Source of the DNA: Candidatus Nanoarchaeia archaeon
Lineage (GTDB): Archaea > Nanobdellota > Nanobdellia > Woesearchaeales > GW2011-AR9
DNA: 64,000 bases
Assembly: GCA_035288985.1 (NCBI GenBank)
Contig: DATDYP010000011.1
Location: forward strand, 7,673-71,672
Direction: 5' to 3'
Below are positions 37,479-47,521 of this stretch, in pieces. The position numbers were made by a program, and so were the translations under genes. A model generated the notes under the pieces. It made no database searches. It was not told the DNA's origin and saw only the letters and a program-made list of their open reading frames with translations. Within the stretch, counting starts at the first letter, position 1, and each line of letters begins with the position of its first letter.

Positions 37479-40421
37479 TTAACCAGCAGAAACCGTGCTG
37501 TCAGCAGCAAAGATACTATTTTCCTGCTGGCAGTCATAATCTATCTTCCAGGTGATGATCCTCCCGCCCTGAAATTCATCATTAAACTTGCTGAAACATT
37601 TCAGGCCATGCCCTTCAAGGAAAAATAATCTTGTGAATAAGCTTGATGCCAGGGGAGGATCTGCAAGAAGGAGGTTATAATTACCCTTGTCAGGTATCAG
37701 AACAATGGAGAGGTCAGGCCCTTCACCCTGAAATGATTTCTCTTCTATACCCTTGTCCGTCACATATACTATAGAACGAGGCACAGCCCCGGGATTATTT
37801 TCAAAACGCACATCAAAGGAAGCGATGTTAATGAATGTATTAATGGTCCGACCTTCTTGGGTTATGATAGGGCAGCTAATCTCAGTTTCAGATGATGTTG
37901 TGCACTCTATCGGCTTGTAGTTCTGAAATCTCAGCTTCGAGGCGATCCATTCCGTGCTTTTTGCTGCTCTAATCTCATCATAAATCTGATCTGCACGCTC
38001 TTCGCTGACGCTAAACGTTTCAGTCAAATAAGAAACAGCTTCCGGTCTGGATAAACTTTTAGTATTCTGGTACATGGTCGCTTTTTCAAAATCCCAGCTG
38101 CCAAAATAACCCCATGAAGTTGTTTTTGCCACCATATCTTCAGAGGTGATGAAATAATTTGGCAGCAAGTCCTCGCAATGTGTATACTCCAACATTGCCG
38201 CTGCCTGTTCCTCTGTCAAGCCCAGCTCCTGATATTTCAGGTAGGCCTGATCTCTGTCAGAGAGAGGAATGACACTATGCAGAATCTTGACCGATTTTAA
38301 TGGATCCTGGGTATAATTATCCATAGTATCTATCGCTGTTTCTTGGGCGCAGTTGAGCATTCTCAGGATGCCGATGGCTTCGCTTTCATCGCCGGTTAAT
38401 AGCGCCTTTCCGACCCAGTAGATCCTTTTTTTCTGATCACCGCCGTCAAAGGTCACCATTCTCTCTGCAATGGCCACGAAGATGTGCCCAAAATCCCACC
38501 AGCTGGTGATGATTGCTTTATTGGAATCATCCTTGATTTTTATCAAGGTGTCATGCCAGCCGTCGTTGATCAGTGGAGCTTGAAGCTTGACGACAGATAG
38601 TGTTATGGAAAACGGGCTTATAAGCAATAATAACAGTAGTACAGATACAATAACCTTGCTTATCGTTGCGTCTATCTTAATCCCCTGATGCAGCCAGGCA
38701 CTGCTTTTTTCATAGATGATGGCAAAGGCTGCTCCTGCAGCAATGGAGAATGCCGGCGCCGGCAGCAAGGCAAAGCGCACTCCTCTCGTGAAGGCAAAAG
38801 TCCCGCCTAATATCCATATCGCAAAAAATATGAAATACATAAACTCCTGTTGACGGCCGAGCTGCCGGTGATCCTGCTTTTTCGTTCGCAGCATCACGAT
38901 AAGACCCAGGAGGGCCAGAACTACAAAAATGGGTCCGCCTACTTGTAAAATTAAGTCAGAAAGATCACCTGTTCCTAATTCCTCCACAGTTTCTTGAACT
39001 TTTGGCCAGATATTCTGAACATTTGATGACACTCCTGTCTTCGTGAATTTAAGGAAACGGCTTAACGCTGTAAAATCCTGGAAGAAGACAGCAGTGTCTT
39101 GAAATAATGAAACGAAGATGCCAGAACTGAAAAAGAACGATGCAAACATCACGGCATGATCCTTAAGCAAGTTTTTTTGCAGCCACTGGAAGCTGAACTT
39201 GCTGCTGCTTTTAATGAACGGTAACGCCTGACCGAGGAGAGCAGACGCAATGATTGCAGCAAGAATAAAAAAGAAAATAAACGACCATCCGCCCCAGGCA
39301 GCTGAGAAGATACCTACACACAATCCGGCAAGAACGCACAGGACTACTCTAGCACTGCTCTTAGTAGTGCTGTATCCTTCCAGGAACAGCCAGGAAATGA
39401 GCAGCGGAAGCAGTATGATGTACAGATCAGTGTCGGCATCAACAGTTCGCTTGAGGATCGGAATATTGATTGCTAAGAAGAATGCGGCAAAAAAACCGCC
39501 AGCATTGCCGCCCAGCTTTCTGCCGATGAAAAAAGTGCAAACGAGGGACAGGGCCATGATAAATAGGGGAAGCAGGGATAACGCCTTCACCAGCGTGATA
39601 TCTTTATCAAAAAAATGCAGAAATTTGTAAAAGTAGGCCGCGACATAGGGATGCAGCTGCACCGTTGATTTTTTATCCAGCCGGCCGTCACGCAGCGAGA
39701 AATAGGATTCACCATCAATGATCTTGTCGCCAAGGTGTCCATAATTGATGACGTTCCGAGCTTCACTGTACCATAAGTAGGTGTCTACACCTAAAAGATA
39801 GACATCGCCATTGTCATCCTTAAGTATGTTTTTATATTGTCCTGAAAGCTTGCTGATCTCAGCTTCAATAGTGTCTCCATTTTTCTCTAAGAAGGCCTCC
39901 CACTCCCGTTCAAAAATAAGTTTCTTATTCTGATAAGGCAGGGCCGGAAATTGCTGTTCTACCTTCTTGCTTATCTCGCTTTTATAGAAATCGAGAAGAT
40001 CCTGTTCAGCCTGCTGGTCAGTAGAGGGGAGATAGAAAGGCATCACTCGTAAATACGTTGATATAAAGACTACCAGCAGTATCAAGACCAGAGGGATAAG
40101 CCATCGGGCATTGTTGGAACTGAAGGCTTTGAAAGCTTTAAATCCCGAAGCCAGATCAGCGATTTTGATGTGCTTTTCTGAATTCTCAACCCTCTTTTTT
40201 TCACTATGAGACTCAGAACGTCGTTCATGACTCTGGCCATGAGCAAGCCGTTCGGTTTTTTGTTCCATTTTGGAAGTGGTAATAATTACCTTCTCGCGTT
40301 CTGCTTCACGGTCCAGCGTTGCAACTCCTTCAACAGGAGATCCACCCAGACTATCTTCGTTCATAAAGAGAAAAAGACTATCCTTTTCATCATCTTTCTG
40401 CCACGGCTGCTTTTCAGTCAT
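37479..40421 (-). CDS. aglB: Oligosaccharyltransferase AglB/STT3
   Basis: Multi-TM region, GVDTYLW, DTD, TVEEL, RF, SWWDFGH and VTFDGG. Confidence 0.9.
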   Translation of the reverse strand: MTEKQPWQKDDEKDSLFLFMNEDSLGGSPVEGVATLDREAEREKVIITTSKMEQKTERLAHGQSHERRSESHSEKKRVENSEKHIKIADLASGFKAFKAFSSNNARWLIPLVLILLVVFISTYLRVMPFYLPSTDQQAEQDLLDFYKSEISKKVEQQFPALPYQNKKLIFEREWEAFLEKNGDTIEAEISKLSGQYKNILKDDNGDVYLLGVDTYLWYSEARNVINYGHLGDKIIDGESYFSLRDGRLDKKSTVQLHPYVAAYFYKFLHFFDKDITLVKALSLLPLFIMALSLVCTFFIGRKLGGNAGGFFAAFFLAINIPILKRTVDADTDLYIILLPLLISWLFLEGYSTTKSSARVVLCVLAGLCVGIFSAAWGGWSFIFFFILAAIIASALLGQALPFIKSSSKFSFQWLQKNLLKDHAVMFASFFFSSGIFVSLFQDTAVFFQDFTALSRFLKFTKTGVSSNVQNIWPKVQETVEELGTGDLSDLILQVGGPIFVVLALLGLIVMLRTKKQDHRQLGRQQEFMYFIFFAIWILGGTFAFTRGVRFALLPAPAFSIAAGAAFAIIYEKSSAWLHQGIKIDATISKVIVSVLLLLLLISPFSITLSVVKLQAPLINDGWHDTLIKIKDDSNKAIITSWWDFGHIFVAIAERMVTFDGGDQKKRIYWVGKALLTGDESEAIGILRMLNCAQETAIDTMDNYTQDPLKSVKILHSVIPLSDRDQAYLKYQELGLTEEQAAAMLEYTHCEDLLPNYFITSEDMVAKTTSWGYFGSWDFEKATMYQNTKSLSRPEAVSYLTETFSVSEERADQIYDEIRAAKSTEWIASKLRFQNYKPIECTTSSETEISCPIITQEGRTINTFINIASFDVRFENNPGAVPRSIVYVTDKGIEEKSFQGEGPDLSIVLIPDKGNYNLLLADPPLASSLFTRLFFLEGHGLKCFSKFNDEFQGGRIITWKIDYDCQQENSIFAADSTVSAG

Positions 40422-40554
40422 ACTATGAAGAGGCACTGTTACAAATCGTCTTATAAAATTTGTGGTTCTGCAGGCTTGTCCAGAAAAGCTCTCCTGCATA
40501 AATCATGACTTGAGTATCATTACCTTTAAAAACAGATTTTTTCTGTGACTGAAG

Positions 40555-42039
40555 ATGACCACGTATACAAAAAAGGCAGTGAAAGGGGCAAGCATAACCC
40601 TGCTCATGAGCGTCCTGGCAGCTCTCATAGCGTATGTCACCAGAATTGTCCTGGCACGAAATCTCGGACCTGCTGATTACGGTTTATTCTCTTCAGTCCT
40701 GACCTTCATCCTCTTCTTCCTCTTCTTCAGGGATCTTGGATTAAGCTCTTCCCTGGTTAAATATATTGTTGAATTTAGAATCCACGGGCGCTACGACAAG
40801 ATCAAAACAGCGATAACCGGGGTTCTTTCTTTTCAGTTTGCCAGCTCCCTCCTTTTTGGCTTGGTTTTCCTTGCTTTATCAGGTTTCCTGGCACAGAATT
40901 ATTTTAAGGATCCCAGAGCCCAGACACTGATCATACTTTTGACTGTCTATGTGCTGTTCAGCATTTTCTTTATCGTTCTTAAAGGCATCTTCAACGGGTT
41001 CCAGAGAATGTTTTTGTTCTCTTCCATAGAGTTTGCCAAGAATGCTATTATACTACTTATCGTCTTTGTCTTCTTTAAACTCGGATTTGACATCTATGCA
41101 CCGGTGCTTGCGTATGTTCTGGTCTGTCCCCTGCTGTTCTTGATATATATTTTCTCTGCAGCAAAGACCTCACAATTTTTCTCATCTACAATCACTGATT
41201 TTAGACCAATCACAAAACAGGTTGTTCTCTTTGGCATCCCCCTCTTTGCTACTGCCTTCGCCGGGAAAATTATCGGTTATATCGATACGTTGATGTTAAC
41301 CTACTTCCGCCCGCTATCAGAAGTAGGAGTGTATAATGTTGTCCTTCCATCTGCCTTAGTGCTGCTGTTCTTCGGCCGTTCCATCTCCTCGATAGTCTTC
41401 CCGATATCTTCAGAGTTATGGGAAAAGAAAGATTACAAAAAATTGGTAGCCGGCGTTCACCTGCTGCATAAATATGCCTTTGTGCTGTTCATACCGGTTA
41501 TTTTTACTGTCTTTTCATTTCCAGAATTTTTCCTTGAACTCTTCTTCGGCGCCGAATATGTAAGCGGTGCCGTTTCCCTGCAAATCCTGCTGGTGGGAAT
41601 GCTTATCTTTATCGTAGCGATGATGAACAATACGATCATTTCCGCCATCGGAAAACCAAAAATCATTGCAAAGATAACGATCTTAGCTGCGGTAACGAAT
41701 ATCGTCCTCAACCTGATTTTGATCCCCAACCTTGGCATCAACGGCGCGGCCATGGCTACAGCTGTCAGTTACGCCTTAGTGCTGGTGCTGACAACTGCAC
41801 AGATCAAGAAATACCTGCCAGTCAAACTTCCATTCCTGGAGTGGAGTAAGCAAGCCTTTACGGCGCTGCTCTTTATCGGCATTATATATCTTCTGAAGGG
41901 AACCTTTCAGAATCCCTGGCTGGACCTAGTAGTCTCAGCTTCATGTGCGGGTGCAGTGTATATACTACTGCTATTTGTCTTGAAGATCATTGATTTGAAA
42001 GAAGTGAACTATTACCGCCGCCTGTTGCGAAGATCATAA
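40555..42039 (+). CDS. Wzx/RfbX-type oligosaccharide flippase (MOP family)
   Basis: LARNLGPADYG, DLGL, IDTLML...EVGVY and LIPNLGINGAAMAT. Confidence 0.9.
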   Translation: MTTYTKKAVKGASITLLMSVLAALIAYVTRIVLARNLGPADYGLFSSVLTFILFFLFFRDLGLSSSLVKYIVEFRIHGRYDKIKTAITGVLSFQFASSLLFGLVFLALSGFLAQNYFKDPRAQTLIILLTVYVLFSIFFIVLKGIFNGFQRMFLFSSIEFAKNAIILLIVFVFFKLGFDIYAPVLAYVLVCPLLFLIYIFSAAKTSQFFSSTITDFRPITKQVVLFGIPLFATAFAGKIIGYIDTLMLTYFRPLSEVGVYNVVLPSALVLLFFGRSISSIVFPISSELWEKKDYKKLVAGVHLLHKYAFVLFIPVIFTVFSFPEFFLELFFGAEYVSGAVSLQILLVGMLIFIVAMMNNTIISAIGKPKIIAKITILAAVTNIVLNLILIPNLGINGAAMATAVSYALVLVLTTAQIKKYLPVKLPFLEWSKQAFTALLFIGIIYLLKGTFQNPWLDLVVSASCAGAVYILLLFVLKIIDLKEVNYYRRLLRRS

Positions 42040-42076
42040 GGTGCTGGTTTAGGAAAGAGAGGTTGATGGGATGGAT

Positions 42077-42226
42077 TTATTTCTTTTTAGGTTTTTCAAC
42101 CGCAATCCAAACATCATCCTTTACACAGTGATAAACGGTTCTGGTGTATTTTTTCTTGTTTTTAGAATTAACACTCGTATCTTTTCTAATTACTTTCATT
42201 AGTTTTTCACAGACAATGCATTTCAT
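42077..42226 (-). CDS. Small Zn-ribbon-like protein (49 aa, not in ORF track)
   Basis: MKCIVCEKLMK...YTRTVYHCVKDDVWIAVEKPKKK; starts 5 bp after the srp54 stop. Confidence 0.55.
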   Translation of the reverse strand: MKCIVCEKLMKVIRKDTSVNSKNKKKYTRTVYHCVKDDVWIAVEKPKKK

Positions 42227-42231
42227 AGAAC

Positions 42232-43581
42232 TTAGAACCCCATCCCTTTCGGCATCTTCCCGCCCATCCTCTGCATCAGCTTGCCCATATCCTTCTCTCC
42301 TTTAAACATCTTGACCATCTTCTTGCTCTGACGGTATTGTTTTAATAATTCCCGCACTTCACCGATGTTCAAGCCAGAACCGGCAGCGATCCGGTCAAGG
42401 CGCTCGGCATTCATCACCTCAGGATTTTCTAATTCTTCCCTAGTCATGGAATCCATGGCATATTTCCATTTTTCCAGCTTGCCTTCCTGTACATCCAGCA
42501 TTTCCTTCGGCAATTTCAGCGCTCCCATGCCTGGAATCATTTCCATAAGCTTGCCAAAAGAACCCATCTTTTTCAGCGCTGACATCTGCTGGTAAAGGTC
42601 CACAAGAGTGAACTCCCCTTTCAGGAATTTTTCCTGCATGTCCGCGGCATCGTCTTCGGAAATGACTTCTTTTGCCTTTTCTAATAAAGACTCTAAGTCA
42701 CCCATGCCGATCAATCGGCCCACAAACCGCTGCGGATGGAATGGTTCGAGATCGTCAACCTTCTCCCCGACACCGATAAAAATGATCGGAGCTTTGGTGA
42801 CAGCACAGGCTGATAACGCTCCTCCCCCTTTTGCTGTTCCTTCCAGCTTGGTGACGATAACACCGGTAACACCGCAAGTATCATGGAAGGCCTGCGCTTG
42901 TTTCTGGACCGCCTGGCCTATATCAGCAGAGATGACCAACAATTTTTCTTCTGCCTGGACAGTATTATGAAGCTGATTGAGTTCTTTAATTAAATCATCA
43001 GATAAGGCATCCCGCCCTGCCGTATCAACAATAACGATATCATAATCAGGAAGCTTATCTTCAAAAGCGAGGTAGATGGAAACTGGATCTTTTTCTTTCT
43101 TGATTCCGAAGAAATCCACGCCGATGCTTTCCGCGATTTGTTTGAGCTGCTCGTACGCTGCTGGCCGCCAAGTATCGGTCTGCATCACCACAACTTTATA
43201 GCCTCTTTTCTTATAGAATTTTGCCAGCTTGCCGGCAGTAGTGGTCTTGCCGCTGCCGAAAAGGCCTACAAGCATGATCTGCGTCGGCTTTTTAGTGATT
43301 GAAATCTCATGGGCTTCCTTGCCAAGAAAATTAGTCAGCTCCTCATAGACAATCTTAATAAGCTGTTCCCGTTTAGTGATGCCTGGAGGGGCTTTCTCCT
43401 TGGCACGTTCCTTGATCTTCTTGCTGAGATCAAAAACCAGCTGTACATTAGTGTCCGACTGCAGCAAGGCCCGCTGGAGGTCTTTGACCAGCTCATTGAT
43501 GAGTTTTTCATCTACAAAAACCGATTTGGTGATTTTACTTAAGGTGTCTTTTAAGGATTCGCCCAGTTTCTCAAGGACCAT
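42232..43581 (-). CDS. srp54: Signal recognition particle protein SRP54
   Basis: GLFGSGKTTT, DTWRPAA, DTAGR, TKLEGTAKGGG and a Met-rich M domain. Confidence 0.97.
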   Translation of the reverse strand: MVLEKLGESLKDTLSKITKSVFVDEKLINELVKDLQRALLQSDTNVQLVFDLSKKIKERAKEKAPPGITKREQLIKIVYEELTNFLGKEAHEISITKKPTQIMLVGLFGSGKTTTAGKLAKFYKKRGYKVVVMQTDTWRPAAYEQLKQIAESIGVDFFGIKKEKDPVSIYLAFEDKLPDYDIVIVDTAGRDALSDDLIKELNQLHNTVQAEEKLLVISADIGQAVQKQAQAFHDTCGVTGVIVTKLEGTAKGGGALSACAVTKAPIIFIGVGEKVDDLEPFHPQRFVGRLIGMGDLESLLEKAKEVISEDDAADMQEKFLKGEFTLVDLYQQMSALKKMGSFGKLMEMIPGMGALKLPKEMLDVQEGKLEKWKYAMDSMTREELENPEVMNAERLDRIAAGSGLNIGEVRELLKQYRQSKKMVKMFKGEKDMGKLMQRMGGKMPKGMGF

Positions 43582-43632
43582 TTACATCCAAAATGAGTTA
43601 TGTTATAAAAAGGTTATGAGAAAGAATAAAAT

Positions 43633-43786
43633 TGAGCCCGTCCGGAACTTCGTGAGCCTTGCGGACGAAGAAACGAACGCAGTGACTCTTTCGAACCGGA
43701 GTCTGATGGTCTCTTCTGCCATAACAGCAGCCGAAGCCACCTGTCCTCTCTGGTATAAATCTATATCCAGGCTAGACTACGGGCCC
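43633..43786 (-). tRNA. trnR: tRNA-Arg(TCG) with three BHB introns (D-loop 17 nt, 37/38 20 nt, T-loop 59/60 43 nt)
   Basis: Removing 43764-43748, 43730-43711 and 43689-43647 gives the 74-nt GGGCCCGTAGTCTAGCCTGGATAGGACAGGTGGCTTCGGACCATCAGACTCCGGTTCGAATCCGGACGGGCTCA with a complete cloverleaf. Confidence 0.92.
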
Positions 43787-43834
43787 AATAGTAGGATAAT
43801 TAGCAAGTTGTTTTAAAAAGATTATGGTTGCCAG

Positions 43835-43979
43835 GGCTAATATGAAACCCTCTCGTTCGCACCCTCTCGCGCATGATGATAGTCAAGAACATGGACAGGT
43901 TTTCCGAAGGAGAGGGCATAGCTTGTCTTGCGAACAGCAAAGTGCTCACTGGCCAATTGGCGAGGGTTTCATAAAAACC
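43835..43979. mobile_element. 145-bp MITE-like element with terminal inverted repeats and a perfect 9-bp target-site duplication
   Basis: GGTTGCCAG at 43826-43834 and 43980-43988; ends GGCTAATATGAAACCCTC / GAGGGTTTCATAAAAACC; internal CCCTCTC/GGAGAGGG stem. Confidence 0.85.
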
Positions 43980-44023
43980 GGTTGCCAGAAAGAAATATAA
44001 AGAATAAAGGCTTAGCTAAACCT

Positions 44024-44449
44024 ATGAAAACACCGCTCCGGTTCTTGAGATTTTACCTTGTAACAGCACTGCTGATAGGAGCAATAAACCTTTCCGACAG
44101 CCTCTTAGCGCTCATAAATATCAACAGCAGCATCTTCAGCCTTGTGCTGATGATCCTCAGTTTCCTTTTTTTCTTTTTTAATATCCTTTCCATCACCATC
44201 TTCCATCACCAGAAGGTTGCCAGGATTGCTTATTTTCTCCCAGTATACTATATTGCCAGTTATGTTATCTTCTTCATACTTAGCAGCATCCTGATTTTCA
44301 GAACTGTACAGCCTATAGTCTGGAACATTCTCATAGGGGTTGGCATTGCTACATCCCTGTTTGAAATGATCTTCAGCACTTACTTATTGAGGAAATTTTC
44401 CCGCTCTTCAGAAACTCAGCCAGCAGCGAATTATCGTCCATCTTTATAG
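44024..44449 (+). CDS. Hypothetical membrane protein (4 TM)
   Basis: Four hydrophobic segments; start trimmed to MKTPLR. Confidence 0.6.
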   Translation: MKTPLRFLRFYLVTALLIGAINLSDSLLALININSSIFSLVLMILSFLFFFFNILSITIFHHQKVARIAYFLPVYYIASYVIFFILSSILIFRTVQPIVWNILIGVGIATSLFEMIFSTYLLRKFSRSSETQPAANYRPSL

Positions 44450-44849
44450 AATAAGTAATATTGTCTAATTGTTGGACATTGACAAAATTCAGGAAGGTCT
44501 GTCTCTGATCAGCATTCCATGTATCAAATTCCCGTGCTGTCTTGCACAAATAATTAGTATCACAATGCCCGATTCGCAAATCCTTGCCCTGATGCCGTGC
44601 CGGGTGTAATGAACAGAGGAAACGGCCTTTTTCCTCGATAAGATTCCTGCACACGCCATCGCGTAGATCCATAGGATGACGGCGATCTCTGAAGGTGATA
44701 AATTTCTCTTCCGTATCCGGCTGTAGCTGTGTAAACTCCTTGGTATTTTCATCTATAGCCGCTTTTATTTTTTGTTTGGAAATAAAATCATGCCCGCAGC
44801 AGCCCATACAGCCGCCGTTTAACTGACAAAGAGGACTACTGGTTGCCAT
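44373..44849 (-). CDS. Cysteine-cluster protein (YkgJ-like)
   Basis: CQLNGGCMGCCG, VCRNL, CSLHP and GHCDTNYLC. Confidence 0.65.
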   Translation of the reverse strand: MATSSPLCQLNGGCMGCCGHDFISKQKIKAAIDENTKEFTQLQPDTEEKFITFRDRRHPMDLRDGVCRNLIEEKGRFLCSLHPARHQGKDLRIGHCDTNYLCKTAREFDTWNADQRQTFLNFVNVQQLDNITYSIKMDDNSLLAEFLKSGKISSISKC

Positions 44850-44851
44850 CT

Positions 44852-45553
44852 TCAAAATTCAATCTCCCTTTTGGCTTTGTTTACAATAAATGTTTTGATC
44901 TCTCCACCAACATGGGATTGTATCAACTCAGCTAATTCATCAATAATTAGTTTGATCTCATCCTTGTTTACTGGAGGCAGGCCTTCGACAACGAGAGTTA
45001 TATTTTTGGTATTTTGGGTCATTTTAGACTTATCGCATTCTCTCCAATTCCATCTTCTACACAGAACCTCGTTACGGTCAACATAGATCACTTCCCCTTC
45101 ATTCGGGCTTTTCACTTCATCAGAATTAAGCTCCTTAAACAACTCGTCTCCTTTCGCAAATGTCAATGTAATATCTCCATCGACGTGGTCTATATCATCA
45201 CCGCCAACTGGAACGAGATGCTTGATTGAAATATAATTGTAAATATCGACAACTGTATTGATATGATGAAGAGCAAGACCTTCAAGAATCATCCTGTACA
45301 AATTCTCTACAGAACATCTGTATTTTTTAGGTTTCGCGCCAAAAGAAGAATACGCTTTTCTCCAAGATTCAATTTTAGGCTCTTGGGAGAGAGTTTCAGA
45401 AGTGAACTTCTGTCGGATCTCTCTCTCCTGATCTCTGAGCAGAGCTAAAATTTCTGCACTTTCCCCTGTATTGTTGATACCTCTAGCTACAACAATGCCT
45501 ATCTGCAACTCAGGAAAGGCATCAAAAATTGAATCTTGTATTTTAAATTTCAT
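44852..45553 (-). CDS. Stand-alone B3/B4 (PheRS-beta editing-like) domain protein
   Basis: WRKAYSSFG...SVENL, INTVVDIYNYIS, PVGGDD, GEVIYVD and LCRRWNWRE. Confidence 0.88.
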   Translation of the reverse strand: MKFKIQDSIFDAFPELQIGIVVARGINNTGESAEILALLRDQEREIRQKFTSETLSQEPKIESWRKAYSSFGAKPKKYRCSVENLYRMILEGLALHHINTVVDIYNYISIKHLVPVGGDDIDHVDGDITLTFAKGDELFKELNSDEVKSPNEGEVIYVDRNEVLCRRWNWRECDKSKMTQNTKNITLVVEGLPPVNKDEIKLIIDELAELIQSHVGGEIKTFIVNKAKREIEF

Positions 45554-45564
45554 CTCACCACAGC

Positions 45565-47268
45565 CTACATCTTTTCTGGAGCTTCTATCCCTAGCAAATT
45601 CAGTCCGTTCTCCAAAACCTGCCGCACACTATCAACCAGCAGCAGCCGCGCCTTGGTGATATTCTTCTCTTCCGATAAGACTGGACATTTATGATAAAAC
45701 TCGTTAAAGGCCTGAGACAGCCCGATCAGGTATTGCGCCAAGTGGTGGGGCTTGTATGTTTCTGCCGCTTTCACAATCGCCTCAGGAAATTCATATAATT
45801 TTTTAACTACGGCACTTTCCTCAGCAAGATTAAATGTTTCAAAGTTGACATGGGGAGCTACTTGCAGCTGATACTCGGTGCGTGCTTTTCGCAGTATCGA
45901 ATGCGCACGGGCATGGGTATACTGGATATACGGCCCAGTTTCGCCTTCAAAACTCATCGATTCTTCAGGGTTGAAGACGATATCTTTTACTGGATCGGTC
46001 TGGAGCATGAAAAATTTTATGGCAGCAAGGGAGATGATCTTTGCACGTCTCTGTACCTCCTCACCATCTATATCCTGATGCCGAGCTTTTATTTCTTTCT
46101 CCGCCAGCACTGCGACTTCATCCATGATGTCATCTGCGTCAATAACAGTTCCTTCGCGTGACTTCATCCGACCAGAAGGGAGATGGACCATCCCATAGCT
46201 AAGATGATACATGTCTTTGGCATATTTTTTGCCAAGCAGCTCTAGAACTTTGAACAGCTGCTGGAAATGCAATTTCTGTTCTGACGCCACAACATAGAGC
46301 ATTCTATCAAACTTGAAATCTTTATAGCGAAGAGTAGCAAGATGCATGTCCTGGGTGATGTAAATGGAGGTCTTGTCTCCGCGAAGGAGAATTTTATCAG
46401 GCAGATTGAAGTCTTTCAAAGGAGCACTGATCGAACCAGTTTTTGCATCCTGCGTAAACACGCCTTTTTTCAGCCCTTCAAAGACTAGCTCCTTCCCCTG
46501 CTCATAATATTTTGATTCAAAATAACTCTTTTCAAAATAAGCGCCAAATCTCTTGTAGGTTTGCTCATGCCCGGCAAGGACCCATTCATTCATTTTTTGC
46601 CAGATTTTTCTTGTTTGAGGATCATTATTCTCCCATTTAATTAACAGCTCCTGAACTTCGGTATTGAGACTCTCGTCTTCGGCAGCTTTCTTTGAGAACA
46701 GGACATAAAAATCACCAACAAAATGATCACTTTTTTTATCAGGTTCCTTTCCTGCACCCCATTTCATATAGGCCAGCATGGACTGGCAGATGTGTACGCC
46801 ACGGTCATTGATGATATTGACTGGAGAGACTGTATTTCCTGCAAACTGTAAAATCTTATACATAGAGCTTCCTAAAGCCATATTGCGGACATGGCCGAGA
46901 TGCAAAGGCTTGTTGGTATTTGGACCGCAGTATTCAACAACGACTCGTTCGCCGGTGCTTTTTCCTTTCCCGTAATTCTTAGCCTGCTTGTAGATCGCGT
47001 TCAATGTTTCTTCTGCCAGCACTCTTTGATTGAGAAAAAAGTTGAGATAGGGACCGGAAACTTCTGCTTTCCGTAAAAATGGGGGGAGTTTTAGCTTCTC
47101 TTGTAATTTTCCGGCTTCTTGAGGTGCATTTTCGCCCAGCTTAAAACAGGGAAAGGCATAATCCCCAAGCCGTGGATCAGGAGGTACAGCTAACAGAATA
47201 CTTACTTCATCCTTGGCAAGGCCAGTCTCCGCAGTAAGAAGCTGGATCAATTCTTCCTTAAAATTCAT
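45565..47268 (-). CDS. argS: Arginine--tRNA ligase
   Basis: GDYAFPCF, GPYLNF, PNTNKPLHLGHVRN, MKSREG, GPYIQYTHAR and C-terminal PEKM. Confidence 0.97.
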   Translation of the reverse strand: MNFKEELIQLLTAETGLAKDEVSILLAVPPDPRLGDYAFPCFKLGENAPQEAGKLQEKLKLPPFLRKAEVSGPYLNFFLNQRVLAEETLNAIYKQAKNYGKGKSTGERVVVEYCGPNTNKPLHLGHVRNMALGSSMYKILQFAGNTVSPVNIINDRGVHICQSMLAYMKWGAGKEPDKKSDHFVGDFYVLFSKKAAEDESLNTEVQELLIKWENNDPQTRKIWQKMNEWVLAGHEQTYKRFGAYFEKSYFESKYYEQGKELVFEGLKKGVFTQDAKTGSISAPLKDFNLPDKILLRGDKTSIYITQDMHLATLRYKDFKFDRMLYVVASEQKLHFQQLFKVLELLGKKYAKDMYHLSYGMVHLPSGRMKSREGTVIDADDIMDEVAVLAEKEIKARHQDIDGEEVQRRAKIISLAAIKFFMLQTDPVKDIVFNPEESMSFEGETGPYIQYTHARAHSILRKARTEYQLQVAPHVNFETFNLAEESAVVKKLYEFPEAIVKAAETYKPHHLAQYLIGLSQAFNEFYHKCPVLSEEKNITKARLLLVDSVRQVLENGLNLLGIEAPEKM

Positions 47269-47310
47269 GATGATGAAAAAAGAGGGGCAGTTTATATATA
47301 TTTTTGTGTG

Positions 47311-47473
47311 GGCTCTGTCCTGAATCTCACTTTGTTCGGGTTAGCGTGAACTCGCTTTTCGTACCTAAGACAATACTGTGGGTCCTTCCCGCAGGGAGCT
47401 TCCCCTCCCACACTCACTTCGGTGATGAGAGCACCGCTCGAACTTACACGCTAACCGCATCCATGACAGAGCC
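47311..47473. mobile_element. 163-bp structured MITE-like element, copy 1
   Basis: Termini GGCTCTGTC/GACAGAGCC; nested GGTTAGCGTG/CACGCTAACC and TGTGGG/CCCACA; flanks TTTTGTGTG/TTTTGTGCG; homologous to 62484-62646. Confidence 0.85.
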
Positions 47474-47521
47474 TTTTGTGCGGAAATGTTTTTAAAGAAG
47501 GAAAGTTCTGCCTGCATTTTA

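Noticed and set aside
43873..43955. C/D-box sRNA suggested by ATGATGA
   Set aside because: No matching CTGA D box, and the segment lies inside a TSD-flanked element.
43376..44023. ORF 43376-43816 and the N-terminal extension of 43928-44449
   Set aside because: They overlap srp54 antisense, the tRNA-Arg gene and the MITE.
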